Shown here: positions 43,612-60,766 of the stretch, piece by piece
Position numbering within the stretch: the first letter of the stretch is position 1
Layout of the letters: every line of letters starts with the position of its first letter
Assembly (NCBI RefSeq): GCF_009931435.1
Contig: NZ_CP043414.1
DNA: 64,000 nt
Strand: one strand, 5' to 3'
Source: Escherichia coli
Lineage (GTDB): Bacteria > Pseudomonadota > Gammaproteobacteria > Enterobacterales > Enterobacteriaceae
Translations under genes and position numbers: made by a program
Notes under the pieces: generated by a model
Database searches by the model: none
What the model was told of the DNA's origin: nothing
The model's input: the letters and a program-made list of their open reading frames with translations, nothing else

Positions 43612-44232
43612 ATGAGGTATATAGTTGCCTTAACGGGAGGCATTGGCAGTGGCAAGAGTACCGTTGCCAATGCGTTTGCTGATCTCGGAATTAACGTCAT
43701 TGATGCCGATATTATTGCGCGTCAGGTGGTTGAACCAGGTGCACCTGCGCTACATGCAATTGCTGATCACTTTGGCGCTAACATGATTGCTGCTGATGGA
43801 ACATTGCAGCGCCGGGCCTTGCGCGAGCGGATTTTCGCCAACCCGGAAGAGAAAAACTGGCTTAACGCCCTGCTGCATCCGCTGATTCAGCAAGAGACGC
43901 AACACCAGATCCAGCAAGCATCTTCCCCCTATGTACTTTGGGTTGTGCCATTGCTGGTAGAAAACTCATTGTATAAAAAAGCGAATCGAGTGCTGGTGGT
44001 GGATGTCAGCCCAGAAACGCAACTTAAACGCACCATGCAGCGCGATGATGTCACTCGCGAGCATGTTGAACAAATTCTTGCTGCTCAGGCAACGCGCGAA
44101 GCCCGCCTTGCCGTGGCAGATGACGTCATTGATAATAACGGCGCACCGGATGCTATCGCATCGGATGTTGCCCGCCTGCACGCACACTATTTGCAGCTTG
44201 CGTCGCAGTTTGTCTCACAGGAAAAACCGTAA
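43612..44232 (+). CDS. coaE: Dephospho-CoA kinase
   Basis: 206 aa; P-loop GGIGSGKST. Confidence 0.95.
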   Translation: MRYIVALTGGIGSGKSTVANAFADLGINVIDADIIARQVVEPGAPALHAIADHFGANMIAADGTLQRRALRERIFANPEEKNWLNALLHPLIQQETQHQIQQASSPYVLWVVPLLVENSLYKKANRVLVVDVSPETQLKRTMQRDDVTREHVEQILAAQATREARLAVADDVIDNNGAPDAIASDVARLHAHYLQLASQFVSQEKP

Positions 44233-44975
44233 TGCAGACCCAGGTCCTTTTTGAACATCCACTAAATGAAAAAATGCGTACATGGCTGCGCATTGAGTTT
44301 TTGATTCAGCAACTCACCGTTAATCTACCCGTCGTTGACTACGCTGGCGCTCTGCATTTCTTCCGCAATGTCAGTGAATTACTGGATGTTTTCGAGCGCG
44401 GCGAAGTCCGTACTGAGCTGTTGAAAGAACTTGACCGCCAGCAGCGCAAACTCCAGACCTGGATTGGCGTGCCTGGCGTGGACCAGAGCCGTATTGAAGC
44501 ATTAATTCAGCAGTTAAAAGCGGCGGGGAGCGTATTAATTTCCGCGCCGCGTATCGGGCAATTTCTGCGTGAAGATCGTTTGATTGCTCTGGTGCGTCAG
44601 CGACTGAGCATCCCAGGCGGCTGTTGTAGCTTTGATTTACCTACATTGCACATTTGGCTGCATCTACCCCAGGCGCAGCGCGACAGCCAGGTAGAAACCT
44701 GGATTGCCAGTCTGAACCCGCTCACCCAGGCACTTACCATGGTGCTGGATTTAATTCGCCAGTCGGCCCCCTTCCGTAAACAAACCAGCCTGAATGGTTT
44801 TTATCAGGATAACGGTGGCGATGCCGACTTGCTGCGCCTGAATCTGTCGCTCGATTCACAGCTTTATCCGCAAATTTCCGGTCATAAGAGCCGTTTTGCC
44901 ATTCGTTTTATGCCGCTGGACAGTGAAAACGGACAGGTACCGGAACGTCTGGATTTCGAACTGGCCTGTTGCTAA
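44232..44975 (+). CDS. zapD: Cell division protein ZapD (Z-ring associated)
   Basis: 247 aa, [24 protein letters not shown]; start overlaps coaE stop. Confidence 0.9.
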   Translation: MQTQVLFEHPLNEKMRTWLRIEFLIQQLTVNLPVVDYAGALHFFRNVSELLDVFERGEVRTELLKELDRQQRKLQTWIGVPGVDQSRIEALIQQLKAAGSVLISAPRIGQFLREDRLIALVRQRLSIPGGCCSFDLPTLHIWLHLPQAQRDSQVETWIASLNPLTQALTMVLDLIRQSAPFRKQTSLNGFYQDNGGDADLLRLNLSLDSQLYPQISGHKSRFAIRFMPLDSENGQVPERLDFELACC

Positions 44976-44984
44976 GGAGTAAAA

Positions 44985-45179
44985 ATGTCAGAAACTATTA
45001 CGGTGAATTGCCCAACCTGCGGGAAAACGGTGGTGTGGGGTGAAATCAGCCCGTTTCGGCCATTTTGTTCCAAACGTTGTCAGCTGATCGACCTAGGAGA
45101 ATGGGCTGCTGAAGAAAAACGAATCCCCAGCAGTGGCGATCTTTCCGAAAGCGATGACTGGAGCGAAGAGCAGAAGTAA
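44985..45179 (+). CDS. yacG: DNA gyrase inhibitor YacG (zinc-finger)
   Basis: 64 aa with CPTCGK...CSKRCQ zinc-binding cysteines. Confidence 0.85.
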   Translation: MSETITVNCPTCGKTVVWGEISPFRPFCSKRCQLIDLGEWAAEEKRIPSSGDLSESDDWSEEQK

Positions 45180-45202
45180 TTGGGTGTAAAAGGTGAGATG
45201 TT

Positions 45203-45306
45203 GTCGGATGCAGCGCGAACGCCTTATCCGACCTGCAAGATCTTTTATATCAATGTGTTAAAAAATTGTAGGCCTGATAAGACGCGCCAGCGTCGCATCA
45301 GGCATC
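45203..45306. repeat. REP cluster between yacG and mutT
   Basis: GTCGGATGCAGCGCGAACGCCTTATCCGACC and GTAGGCCTGATAAGACGCGCCAGCGTCGCATCAGGCATC, canonical REP palindromes. Confidence 0.85.
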
Positions 45307-45335
45307 CAGTGTAAATGTTGGATGCCTTAACCGAT

Positions 45336-45725
45336 CTACAGACACTTAAGCTTCGCAATTACCGGTTCATTGGCTGGCGGAAAATCATCTGCATTGAGGC
45401 TGGCCTGTGAAATCCACTCACCGGGTTGCCCTTCTTTACCCCACGGCTCCCCTTCCCAGCTTTCGACCAGCCAGAACCACAGTGTTATATGCCTGTCCGG
45501 GAATTCATATTCCAGTTTTTCAAATAGCGAATAATGTTGTGGGGTAATCCCGACTTCTTCCTGAAGTTCACGCACCACCGCCTGTTCCGGCGTTTCGCCC
45601 ATTTCAATTTTACCGCCAGGAAACTCCAGTTTATTCGCCATGTGCGCATCTGCGGCGCGACGGGTTATAAAGATTTCATTGTTCTCGTTGCGAATAATAC
45701 CTACCGCAATTTGCAGCTTTTTCAT
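45336..45725 (-). CDS. mutT: 8-oxo-dGTP diphosphatase (Nudix)
   Basis: 129 aa; Nudix box GGKIEMGETPEQAVVRELQEEVGI. Confidence 0.95.
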   Translation of the reverse strand: MKKLQIAVGIIRNENNEIFITRRAADAHMANKLEFPGGKIEMGETPEQAVVRELQEEVGITPQHYSLFEKLEYEFPDRHITLWFWLVESWEGEPWGKEGQPGEWISQASLNADDFPPANEPVIAKLKCL

Positions 45726-45740
45726 TGTCTTAAACCTATA

Positions 45741-45767
45741 AAAAAGGCGCAGAATCCTGCGCCTTTT
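45741..45767 (-). terminator. Rho-independent terminator after secA
   Basis: AGGCGCAG-AATC-CTGCGCCT stem flanked by A-run (plus) / T-run (minus). Confidence 0.7.
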
Positions 45768-45783
45768 GTTTCAAGAGTTAGCT

Positions 45784-48489
45784 TTATTGCAGGCGACCGT
45801 GGCACTGCTTGTATTTTTTACCAGAACCGCACGGGCAAGGATCATTACGTCCAACTTTGCGTTCACCGGTTTGTGCCGCCAGTGCAGCTGCGGCTGCAGA
45901 GTCATCATCCTGATGGCTAAGCTGCTGCATTTGCGCTAAACGCTCGGCTTCCATACGACGCTGTTGTTCCAGCTCTTCAACCTCTTCAGGCATACGTACC
46001 TGGACTTTGCTCAGCGTGCTGATGACTTCATATTTCAGCGACTCCAGCATCGCTGCAAACATGGAGAACGATTCACGTTTGTATTCCTGCTTCGGATCTT
46101 TCTGTGCATAGCCACGCAGGTGGATACCCTGACGCAGATAATCCATCGCCGCCAGGTGCTCTTTCCACAGGGAGTCAAGCGTTTGCAGCATGACGCCTTT
46201 CTCGAAGTGACGCATCATCTCAGCGCCAACCACTTCTTCTTTACGCTGATACACTTCGATGGACTGCGCCAGAATACGCTCACGCAGCGTCTCTTCATGC
46301 AGTTCTGGCTCTTTGTCCAGCCACTCGGCAATCGGCAAATCGAGGTCGAAATCGTTCTTCAGACGTTCCTGCAGCCCCGGAATATCCCACATTTCTTCCA
46401 GCGACTGCGGCGGAATGTAGGCATCGATGGTCGCTTTGAACACATCTTCACGAATGCTGTTGATGGTATCGCTCACATCGCTGACATCCAGCAGTTCATT
46501 ACGCTGGGAGTAAATAGCGCGACGCTGATCGTTAGCCACGTCATCATATTCCAGCAGTTGCTTACGAATATCGAAGTTACGGCTTTCAACTTTACGCTGA
46601 GCGTTGGCAATCGCTTTGGTCACCCACGGGTGCTCGATGGCTTCGCCTGGTTTCATACCCAGTTTACGCATCATGCCGGAAACACGGTCAGAAGCAAAAA
46701 TACGCATCAGCGCATCTTCCATCGACAGGTAGAAACGGGAAGAACCGGCATCCCCCTGGCGCCCAGAACGACCGCGTAGCTGGTTATCGATACGACGAGA
46801 TTCGTGACGTTCTGTACCGATGATATGCAGACCACCTGCAGCCAGTACCGCATCGTGACGCACCTGCCAGTCGGCTTTGATTTTTTCAATTTGCTCTGCG
46901 GTCGGATTTTCCAGCGCGGCAACTTCTGCCTGCCAGCTACCACCGAGCACAATATCTGTACCACGACCCGCCATGTTAGTCGCGATAGTCACCGCCGCCG
47001 GATAACCCGCTTGTGCAACAATCGCTGCTTCGTTAGCGTGGAATTTGGCGTTCAGAACGTTGTGTTTGATACCGGCTTTGGTCAGCTCGTTTGACACCAA
47101 TTCCGATTTTTCGATGGAGATAGTACCCACCAGCACTGGCTGGCCCTTCGCAGTACGCTCTTTGATATCTTCGATGATCGCCTGGATTTTTTCCGCTTCA
47201 GTCATATAGACCAGATCTGGCAGATCTTTACGAATCATCGGACGGTTGGTTGGAACAACAACGGTATCCAGCTTGTAGATTGAGCTAAATTCGAAAGCTT
47301 CGGTATCAGCAGTACCGGTCATGCCCGCCAGTTTTTCATACAAACGGAAGTAGTTCTGGAAGGTGATCGACGCCAGCGTCTGGTTTTCGTTCTGGATCTG
47401 TACACCTTCTTTCGCTTCCACTGCCTGATGCAGGCCATCGGACCAGCGACGTCCCTGCATGGTACGACCGGTGTGTTCATCAACGATGATAACTTCACCA
47501 TCTTTAACGATGTAGTCTACGTCACGGGTAAACAGTGCGTGAGCACGCAGCGCCGCGGTTACGTGGTGCATCAGCATAATATTAGCCGGAGAGTACAGCG
47601 ACTCACCTTCATCCATGATGCCTTCTTTCACCAGCAGCTCTTCGATCAGCACCAGACCACGTTCGGTCAGGTTCACCTGGCGAGATTTTTCGTCCACCGA
47701 GAAGTGGCCTTCGCCCTGGAAGGTTTCGGAGTCTTCTTTTTCCTGACGGATCAGGTGCGGAATAATTTTATTCACGCGTTTATACATTTCCGAGCTGTCT
47801 TCTGCCGGGCCGGAAATGATCAGCGGTGTACGCGCTTCATCGATCAGGATGGAGTCCACTTCGTCCACCAGCGCATAGTGCAGTTTACGCTGTACACGTT
47901 CTTCAGGGCTGAACGCCATGTTATCGCGCAGGTAGTCAAAGCCGTATTCGTTGTTCGTACCGTAAGTGATGTCAGCTGCGTAAGCTTCACGCTTCGCCGG
48001 TGCTGGCATACCCGGCAGGTTGATACCGACAGTCAGGCCAAGGAATTCAAACAGCGGACGGTTGTTTTCGGCGTCACGTTGCGCCAGGTAGTCGTTGACG
48101 GTAACAACGTGTACGCCCTTACCGGTTAATGCGTTCAGGTAAGCAGGCAGCGTTGCGGTCAGGGTTTTACCTTCACCGGTACGCATTTCCGCGATGCAGC
48201 GTTCGTTAAGAACCATACCGCCGAGTAACTGAACGTCGAAGTGACGCATACCAAAGACGCGCTTACTTGCCTCACGCACCACAGCGAAAGCTTCTGGGAT
48301 CAGATTTTCCAGCACTTCGCCTTTTTCCAGACGTGCACGAAACTCTGCGGTTTTCCCTTTCAGTTCTTCGTCGGAGAGTTTTTCCATCTCCGGTTCCATG
48401 GCATTGATGATGTTGACGACTTTGCGCATCCGGCGCAGGGTGCGATCGTTACGACTACCGAAAACTTTAGTTAATAATTTGATTAGCAT
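45784..48489 (-). CDS. secA: Preprotein translocase ATPase SecA
   Basis: 901 aa, [25 protein letters not shown]; C-terminal zinc site [14 protein letters not shown]. Confidence 0.97.
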   Translation of the reverse strand: MLIKLLTKVFGSRNDRTLRRMRKVVNIINAMEPEMEKLSDEELKGKTAEFRARLEKGEVLENLIPEAFAVVREASKRVFGMRHFDVQLLGGMVLNERCIAEMRTGEGKTLTATLPAYLNALTGKGVHVVTVNDYLAQRDAENNRPLFEFLGLTVGINLPGMPAPAKREAYAADITYGTNNEYGFDYLRDNMAFSPEERVQRKLHYALVDEVDSILIDEARTPLIISGPAEDSSEMYKRVNKIIPHLIRQEKEDSETFQGEGHFSVDEKSRQVNLTERGLVLIEELLVKEGIMDEGESLYSPANIMLMHHVTAALRAHALFTRDVDYIVKDGEVIIVDEHTGRTMQGRRWSDGLHQAVEAKEGVQIQNENQTLASITFQNYFRLYEKLAGMTGTADTEAFEFSSIYKLDTVVVPTNRPMIRKDLPDLVYMTEAEKIQAIIEDIKERTAKGQPVLVGTISIEKSELVSNELTKAGIKHNVLNAKFHANEAAIVAQAGYPAAVTIATNMAGRGTDIVLGGSWQAEVAALENPTAEQIEKIKADWQVRHDAVLAAGGLHIIGTERHESRRIDNQLRGRSGRQGDAGSSRFYLSMEDALMRIFASDRVSGMMRKLGMKPGEAIEHPWVTKAIANAQRKVESRNFDIRKQLLEYDDVANDQRRAIYSQRNELLDVSDVSDTINSIREDVFKATIDAYIPPQSLEEMWDIPGLQERLKNDFDLDLPIAEWLDKEPELHEETLRERILAQSIEVYQRKEEVVGAEMMRHFEKGVMLQTLDSLWKEHLAAMDYLRQGIHLRGYAQKDPKQEYKRESFSMFAAMLESLKYEVISTLSKVQVRMPEEVEELEQQRRMEAERLAQMQQLSHQDDDSAAAAALAAQTGERKVGRNDPCPCGSGKKYKQCHGRLQ

Positions 48490-48550
48490 AATAAAATCTC
48501 AAACGCCCCGCGTTGCGGAGTCAATAAAATGAAGTAAAGGTTTATTGTTG

Positions 48551-49268
<718 letters not shown>

Positions 49269-49293
49269 ATTTTATACGACAGTATAAATGTCG

Positions 49294-50232
<939 letters not shown>

Positions 50233-50311
50233 CTATCCAACCGAAGTGTACTATACATTCGGCGGGCCAGTTTAGCACAAAGAGCCTCGAAACCCAAATT
50301 CCAGTCAATTC

Positions 50312-51463
50312 TTAATCAGCTTGCTTACGCAGGAATGCTGGGATATCCAGATAATCCGGCTCTTTCGCAGTTTGCGGCGCATTGTCATTCACGACTTTAG
50401 CAACCGGCTTCTGCTCCTGGGTCAGCGGAGCCATCCCGTGCTGCTGGTAGCGATCCATCACTGGCTGCTGAACCTGCTTATTGGTCACCAGAGTGATTTC
50501 AGGACGTTTGTCCATACCGATACCTGTCGCAACAACAGTTACGCGCAGCTCGTCATTCATATCCGGGTCAAGAGAAGTACCGATAACGACAGTTGCGTTG
50601 TCGGATGCAAATGCACGGATGGTGTTACCTACCGTTTCGAACTCATCCAGACGCAGGTCGAAGCCCGCCGTGATGTTAACCAGCACGCCGCGCGCGCCAG
50701 ACAGATCGATATCTTCCAGCAGCGGAGAGGAAATAGCCATTTCAGCAGCTTCTTCCGCACGGTCTTCGCCGCTCGCCACACCAGAACCCATCATTGCGTA
50801 GCCCATTTCAGACATTACGGTACGTACGTCTGCAAAGTCCACGTTCATCAGGCCTGGACGAGTAATCAGTTCAGCGATACCTTGCACAGCACCTTTCAGT
50901 ACATCGTTCGCTGCGCCAAATGCATCCAGCAGGGAGATACCGCGGCCCAAGACTTTCAGCAGTTTGTCGTTAGGGATAGTGATCAGAGAGTCCACATGCT
51001 TGGACAGTTCAGTGATCCCCTGCTCAGCGAATGCCATACGCTTCTTGCCTTCAAAGTTGAAAGGCTTAGTCACGACAGCAACGGTCAGGATCCCCAAATC
51101 TTTTGCCACTTCAGCGACAACTGGTGCTGCACCAGTACCGGTACCACCACCCATACCCGCAGCAATAAAGACCATGTCTGCACCTTCCAGCGCCGCACGC
51201 AGTGCATCGCGATCCTCATCAGCCGCATTACGGCCAACTTCTGGATTTGCGCCAGCTCCCAGTCCTTTGGTGATACCGCTACCGATTTGAATCGTCTGTC
51301 CAACCGCTGTTTTACGCAGCGCTTGTGCATCGGTATTTACCGCGAAGAATTCAACACCTTCAATGCGCTCGCGCACCATGTGTTCAACAGCATTACCGCC
51401 GCCGCCGCCGACGCCGATGACTTTAATCACCGCGTCATTGGTAAGTTCCATTGGTTCAAACAT
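50312..51463 (-). CDS. ftsZ: Cell division GTPase FtsZ
   Basis: 383 aa; tubulin signature GGGTGTG. Confidence 0.98.
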
Positions 51464-51523
51464 AGTTTCTCTCCGATTTGTGCCTGTCGCCTGAGGCCGT
51501 AATTATCGTCGACCTCATAAAAA

Positions 51524-52786
51524 TTAAAACTCTTTTCGCAGCCAACTATTGAGTCGCTTGATCCACGAGCCAACTGATGCTGTAACACGTTTTTCTACTT
51601 CAGCTTCACCGTTAAGATGTGACTCTTTCCCGTAGTGAAGCAATCCCACCGCCGTCGAATAATACGGCTCCTGAGCATAATCCGTTAAACCGGTAATGTT
51701 CAGCGGCGCGCCGATACGCACTTGCGTATGAAACACGCGCTGAGCACAGGCTGCAAGACCTTCGATCTGCGCTGCGCCACCAGTTAAAACAATGCCTGCC
51801 GCCAGGTGATGTTTAACCCCTTGTTGGCGAAGCTTTTCCTGCAACTGCAATATCTCTTCGTTGACCAGGTTGAGCAGCTCGGTATAGCGCGGCTCGATCA
51901 CCTCTGCCAGGGTCTGACGTTGCAGACTCCGCGGTGGACGACCGCCTACGCTCGGCACTTCCACGCTCTCATCTTTTCCAACGATGGAACCCAGCGCACA
52001 ACCGTGGCGAACTTTAATCGCTTCGGCGTCGCTTGGCGGCGTGCCAAAGGCGTAAGCGATATCACTGGTCACGACATTGCCAGCATAAGGAATTACCTTA
52101 GTGTGGCGCAATGCCCCACCGGTATAAACGGCGATATCCATTGTACCACCACCGATATCGACGACGCAGACACCCAGTTCACGTTCATCTTCCGTCAATA
52201 CCGAATAACTTGATGCCAGTCCGGCAAATATCAGTTGGTCAACTTTCAGCCCACAACGTTCAACCGCTTTGACGATGTTTTTCGCCATATCGTTGTGACA
52301 TGTGATCAGGTGCACTTTTGCCTGCATCCGCACGCCCGAAAGTCCTACCGGATTCTTGATCCCTTCCTGATAGTCAATCGCATACTCTTGCGGGATCACA
52401 TGCAGCACACGATGCTCATCGCGCACACGCACTGATTTCGCGGTATGGACGACGTTTTCCACATCTTCTTGCGTCACTTCTTCTTCAGAAATAGGCACCA
52501 TACCAATTTCATTCTGGCAGCTGATGTGCTTACCAGAAAGCGCCAGATATACCGAAGAGATCTGACAATCTGCCATCAATTCTGCCTGGTCAATGGCGCG
52601 TTGTACGCACTTGACCACGGATTCGAGGTCGTTCACCCCGCCTTTATCCATACCACGCGACGGGCAGCTGCCCACGCCAATGATATTGACCATACCGTCG
52701 GGCAGAACTTCCCCTACTAAAGCGGCAACCTTCGCGGTACCAATCTCCAGTCCTACTACCAGTTTTCTGTCCGTCGCCTTGATCAT
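51524..52786 (-). CDS. ftsA: Cell division protein FtsA (actin-like ATPase)
   Basis: 420 aa, [26 protein letters not shown]. Confidence 0.97.
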   Translation of the reverse strand: MIKATDRKLVVGLEIGTAKVAALVGEVLPDGMVNIIGVGSCPSRGMDKGGVNDLESVVKCVQRAIDQAELMADCQISSVYLALSGKHISCQNEIGMVPISEEEVTQEDVENVVHTAKSVRVRDEHRVLHVIPQEYAIDYQEGIKNPVGLSGVRMQAKVHLITCHNDMAKNIVKAVERCGLKVDQLIFAGLASSYSVLTEDERELGVCVVDIGGGTMDIAVYTGGALRHTKVIPYAGNVVTSDIAYAFGTPPSDAEAIKVRHGCALGSIVGKDESVEVPSVGGRPPRSLQRQTLAEVIEPRYTELLNLVNEEILQLQEKLRQQGVKHHLAAGIVLTGGAAQIEGLAACAQRVFHTQVRIGAPLNITGLTDYAQEPYYSTAVGLLHYGKESHLNGEAEVEKRVTASVGSWIKRLNSWLRKEF

Positions 52787-53613
52787 TGTTGTTCTGCCTG
52801 TGCCTGATTTTGTTGCTGAGTAGATTCCTCTGGCGGCAAAGGCGCCCAGCCTACTGCCGCTCCAGAGTCATAACGCAAATCAACGTAGCTAATCCGTTTG
52901 CCATCGGTTTGCGCCTGCTGCTGTAAAACCGGATAAAGTTCTACAAAGCGAGCCAAACGTTTCATCGTATCGCCCCGGCCAAGATTGAGCTTAATATCGT
53001 TATTCAGCGTCAACTGCCAGGAACGCCGCGCGGTCATCGCCGCTTCCTTCAGAGTAAATCTGTCCTTTGCCAGCATCTGCCCCATTTCGCGATAGCCCTG
53101 CAACACTTCATTGGCGCTGCCTTCCGGGCCATACAGCATTGGAAGCACCTGCTTGCTGGTGCGATCTGGTGGTACGCTGAAAGTGTTTCCTTCCGCGTCT
53201 ACCATATGTTGATCATTCCACCGCGCAATCGGCACATATTCAACCAGATGAATCTTCAATTCATCAGGCCACTGCTTTCTGACGCTCACCTGCTTAATCC
53301 ACGGCAGGCGTTGTTCTATTTGCGTCTGGATGATGTTGACATCCTGGGTCATAAAGGTACCTGGCTCACCCAATGCCAGGATCGACTGCCGGATATCGTC
53401 ATTACGCGTGTAATGGCGTTCACCGGTCAACACCAGCTTTGAGAGCGGCAGGCGTTGCGCATCTTCCATCCAGCCCAACACGACCCAGCCGCTCACCAAC
53501 ACTGTCGTTAAAACGGTCAGCAGGAAAAGGATCCCCGCCAGACGCGTTCCATTATTGCGGCGAGAAGAAACCTCTTCTTCGCTGTTTCGCGTGTTCAGAG
53601 CAGCCTGCGACAT
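52783..53613 (-). CDS. ftsQ: Cell division protein FtsQ
   Basis: 276 aa, single TM then POTRA domain; ATGA overlap with ftsA. Confidence 0.95.
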   Translation of the reverse strand: MSQAALNTRNSEEEVSSRRNNGTRLAGILFLLTVLTTVLVSGWVVLGWMEDAQRLPLSKLVLTGERHYTRNDDIRQSILALGEPGTFMTQDVNIIQTQIEQRLPWIKQVSVRKQWPDELKIHLVEYVPIARWNDQHMVDAEGNTFSVPPDRTSKQVLPMLYGPEGSANEVLQGYREMGQMLAKDRFTLKEAAMTARRSWQLTLNNDIKLNLGRGDTMKRLARFVELYPVLQQQAQTDGKRISYVDLRYDSGAAVGWAPLPPEESTQQQNQAQAEQQ

Positions 53614-53614
53614 A

Positions 53615-56003
<2,389 letters not shown>

Positions 56004-56056
56004 TCTTTACGCCATTAACTTCTTACATTCATACGATGCAAAAGGCATCGCTACAA

Positions 56057-57124
56057 TTACGCCCGGGCAGCCCGGCTCACTTCATTTGCCACTCGCTCGG
56101 TGGCATCCGGAATGGATGCAGCACGGGCGCGTTCTGCCATGGTTAATAAGGTTTCTCGCGACCACCCGGCCAGGGTGTTGGCGACAGCATCCACAGTAAG
56201 CTGTGGCTGCTCGATAATTTTGGCTGCGCCCGCTTTTTCCAGCGGTAGCGCATTCCAGTATTGCTGGCGGTCTTTATGTTGAAACGGCACAAACAATGCC
56301 GGTAGCCCCGCTGCGGCAATTTCACTCACCGTTAACGCACCGGAGCGGCAAACGACGACATCCGCCCACGCATACGCCGCCGCCATATCATCAATAAATT
56401 CCGTCACTTTATGCTGCGGTTGCCCCGCTTCCGCATACGCCTGTTCAACGGATTGTTGCGAACCTTTGCCGCTCTGATGCCAGATAGTGACTGAATCGCC
56501 CAGCTTTGCTGCAACCTGCGGCATTGTTTGGTTAAGAATACGAGCGCCCTGAGAACCGCCCACTACCAACACACGAACCGGACCTTCACGACCAGCCAAA
56601 CGTTGCTGCGGCAGTGGCAACGCCAACACATCGGTACGAACAGGATTACCCACCACTTCCGCATTAGGGAAAGCGCCTGGAAACGCCTGCATCACTTTGG
56701 TGGCAATCTTCGCCAGCCATTTATTGGTTAAGCCCGCAATACCGTTTTGTTCATGAAGTACAACCGGAATGCCTAACGACCACGCTGCCAGTCCACCTGG
56801 ACCTGATACGTAGCCGCCCATACCGAGCACCACATCAGGTTTGAACGCTTTCATAATCGCCCGTGCCTGACGCCAGGCGTTAAAAATACGCAGAGGCGCA
56901 GCTAACAGTGCTTTTATACCTTTACCACGCAGACCAGAGATACGAATGAAATCAATTTCGATGCCATGTTTTGGCACTAAGTCCGCTTCCATACGGTCGG
57001 CAGTCCCCAGCCAGCGAACTTGCCAACCCTGAGCCATTAGATGGTGCGCAACCGCCAGTCCCGGGAACACATGTCCACCGGTTCCGCCGGCCATCACCAT
57101 TAATCGCTTTCCTTGACCACTCAT
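56057..57124 (-). CDS. murG: Lipid II-forming GlcNAc transferase MurG
   Basis: 355 aa, [29 protein letters not shown]. Confidence 0.97.
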
Positions 57125-58365
57125 CGTGAACCTCGTACAAACGCCTGCGCTTTCTCCAGACGCGTTTCATAATCAATACGCAACAGCATCATGATGGCTG
57201 TCGACATAATCAGTAAGCTCGAACCACCGTAACTGATCAGCGGCAATGTCAGACCTTTGGTCGGTAACATCCCCGCTGCCGCGCCTACGTTAACCAGTGC
57301 CTGGAAACTAAACCAGATGCCAATGGAACAGGCGAGAAAACCGGAAAAACGATGGTCAATTTCTAATGCTTTACGGCCAATCGACATCGCACGAAAAGCG
57401 ACGAAGAATACCATTAAAAGTGCCAGCACCACACCGACATACCCCAGTTCTTCGCCGATAATGGCGAAAATAAAGTCAGTGTGTGCTTCCGGCAGATACT
57501 CCAGTTTTTGAACCGAGTTACCTAAACCTTGCCCCCACAGTTCGCCGCGACCAAACGCCATCAGCGATTGCGTTAACTGATAGCCGCTACCAAAGGGATC
57601 TTCCCACGGATTCCAGAATGCGGTAACACGGCGGATACGGTACGGTTCGGCGAGGATCAGTAACACAACCGCTGAAATCCCCATGCCGATAATGGCAATG
57701 AACTGCCACAATTTCGCCCCCGCCAGGAACAACATCGCCAGCGTGGTCACAAACAGCACCACCACCGTACCAAGGTCTGGCTGTGCCAGCAGTAACACTG
57801 CCAACACCAAAATCACGCCCATCGGTTTCAAGAAGCCGCGCAGGTTATTACGCACTTCGTCGCCTTTACGCACCAGATAGTTGGCGATATAGCAAAACAG
57901 CGACAGTTTTGTCAGCTCCGCAGGCTGGATACGCAGCAAGCCGAGATCGATCCAACGCGATGCCCCTTTAACAGAGCTACCCACTACCAGAACGATCATC
58001 AACAGGATGATTGAACCGAGTAGCATCGTAGCGCTGTAACGTTGCCAGAACTCCATCGGCAGACGCAGCGTAATGATCGCCAGAATGAACGCCAGGATCA
58101 GGTAGACGCCATCACGCTTAGCGAAGAAAAAGGGATCGTTAGTCAAGCGTTGTCCGATAGGCATTGATGCGGACGTCACCATGATAAAGCCGATCGCCGC
58201 GAGGCCGAAGGTCAGCCACAGTAAGGTGCGATCGTACATGATCAGGCTGTCGGTATCTTTTTCCCGCGAGCCCATCACCCAGCCCTTTAGCGCCGTGGAG
58301 ATCCAGACCAGGATACTGAATCCTGGCAGGCGCGGCATTTTCAGGCGAGGGAGAGATAAACGCAT
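57121..58365 (-). CDS. ftsW: Peptidoglycan glycosyltransferase FtsW (SEDS family)
   Basis: 414 aa from [26 protein letters not shown]; ATG at 58365 overlaps murD stop (ATGA); track start is an upstream TTG. Confidence 0.95.
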
Positions 58366-59681
58366 CAACCTAACTCCTTCGCCAGACGGGCAAACTCATT
58401 GCCTCGTTGTTCAAAGTTCTTGAATTGATCAAGGCTGGCACAGGCCGGGGAGAGCAGAACCATATCTCCTGGTTGAACACGCGGAGCCAGCAAGCGCATC
58501 GCCTGTTCCATGGTTTCGGTTTGTTCTGCCACTTCCGGGCGCAGTGCCGCCAGCTGTGCGCCGTCACGACCGAAACAATACAAACGTACGTTATCGCCAT
58601 TCAGGTAACGTGCCAGCGGACTAAAGTCCGCCGATTTACCATCGCCGCCCAGCAACAAATGCAGCGTGCCATCTACGTGCAGGCCATTGAGCGCCGCTTC
58701 CGTACTGCCGACATTGGTCGCTTTCGAGTCGTTAATCCAGCGCACACCGTTATGTTCCAGCACCACTTCAAAGCGATGCGGTAGACCAGTGAACGTAGTT
58801 AACGCTTTCAGGCTACTGGCGCGTGGCAAACCAGCTGCGTCTGCCAGAGCCAGTGCCGCCAGCGCATTGGTGTAGTTATGCTGACCGGAAAGTTTCATCT
58901 CTTTCACGTTCAACACTTTCTCGCCTTTCACCCGCAGCCAGGTTTCACCCTGCTGATGATTCAAGTGATAGTCGCCCATATTGATACCAAAGCTAACGCA
59001 ACGTTCATCCGCACCACGAATCGGCATTGTTAAGGCATCATCAGCATTAACCACGCAAACTTTCGCATTTTCATAAATGCGCAGTTTTGCCGCACGATAC
59101 TGCTGTAAACCAAATGGATAGCGATCCATATGATCTTCTGTCACGTTCAGAATGGTCGCTGCCACCGCCTGTAAACTGGAGGTGGTTTCCAGCTGGAAGC
59201 TCGACAGCTCGAGCACGTACAGTTCGCACTCAGCATCCAACAGCATCAACGCGGGCAGGCCAATGTTGCCACCCACGCCAACGTTAACGCCCGCCGCTTT
59301 CGCCATTTCACCCACTAGTGTGGTGACCGTGCTTTTGCCATTAGAACCGGTGATCGCCACGATTGGTACTTGTGCTTCACGACAGAACAGTTCGATATCG
59401 CCAACAATTTCGATTCCGGCATCAGCGGCAGCGCTTAAGGAAGGATGCGCCAATGCAATGCCGGGACTGGCGACGATCAGATCAGCCGCCATCAGCCAGT
59501 CGTCATTAAGACCGCCCGTGTGGCGTTCTACGGCTTCGGGTAATTTATCCAGGCCAGGCGGTGTCATCCGCGTATCCATGACGCGCGGCGTCACACCGCG
59601 AGCGAGGAAAAAGTCCACGCAAGAAAGCCCGGTGAGGCCCAGGCCGATAATGACGACATTTTTACCCTGGTAATCAGCCAT
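58365..59681 (-). CDS. murD: UDP-N-acetylmuramoylalanine--D-glutamate ligase
   Basis: 438 aa; Mur ligase P-loop GSNGKSTVT. Confidence 0.97.
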
Positions 59682-59683
59682 GA

Positions 59684-60766
59684 TTAACGTACCTTCAGCG
59701 TTGCCAGACCAATCAGGACCAGCATCAGCGAAATAATCCAGAAGCGCACAATGACACGCGGTTCCGGCCAGCCTTTCAGTTCATAGTGGTGATGAATCGG
59801 TGCCATGCGGAAAATACGTTGTCCGCGCAGTTTAAAGGAGCCGACCTGCAGGATGACGGAAAGCGTTTCTACCACGAACACGCCCCCCATAATCACCAGC
59901 AGGAATTCCTGACGCAGCAGCACGGCGATAATGCCCAGCGCGCCACCTAACGCCAGCGAACCTACATCGCCCATAAAGACTTGCGCCGGATAGGTGTTAA
60001 ACCACAGGAAGCCCAGCCCTGCCCCGACTATCGCGGTACAGACAATGACCAGTTCCCCGGCGTGTCGCAGATACGGTATGTGTAAATAGCTGGCAAAGTT
60101 CATGTTGCCGGTTGCCCATGCCACCAGCGCAAAACCACCGGCGACGAATACAGTCGGCATAATCGCCAGGCCATCAAGACCATCGGTCAGGTTTACCGCG
60201 TTGCCGGTGCCCACAATGACGAAGTAAGCCAGCAGAATGTAGAACAGCCCCAACTGCGGCATCACATCTTTAAAGAACGGGACCACCAGCTGCGTTGCGG
60301 GCGTGTCTTTCCCGGCAAGATACAGCGCAAAGGCAACGCCCAGCGCGATCACCGACATCCAGAAATACTTCCAGCGCGCAATCAGGCCCTTGGTGTCTTT
60401 ACGCACCACTTTGCGATAGTCGTCGACAAAACCAATGATGCCGTAACCCACCAGCACCACGAGTACGCACCAGACGTACGGGTTGGAAGGGTAAGCCCAC
60501 AGCAGCACGGAGATCACAATCGCTGTCAGGATCATAATCCCGCCCATGGTCGGCGTACCGCGCTTGCTGAAGTGTGATTCAGGACCGTCGTTACGCACTA
60601 CCTGACCAAAGGAAAGTTTTTGCAAATGAGCAATCATGCGCGGGCCCATCCACAATGAGATGAACAGCGCAGTCAGCAGGCTGACGATGGCGCGAAACGT
60701 CAGATAGGAAAAGACGTTAAAGCCGGAATAATATTTGACCAAATGTTCGGCCAGCCAAACTAACAT
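59684..60766 (-). CDS. mraY: Phospho-N-acetylmuramoyl-pentapeptide transferase
   Basis: 360 aa polytopic membrane protein, [30 protein letters not shown]. Confidence 0.97.

Noticed and set aside
50321-51502. 393-aa ORF antisense to ftsZ
   Set aside because: Shadow ORF inside ftsZ; no motifs. The known antisense transcript in this region is a non-coding RNA, not a protein.
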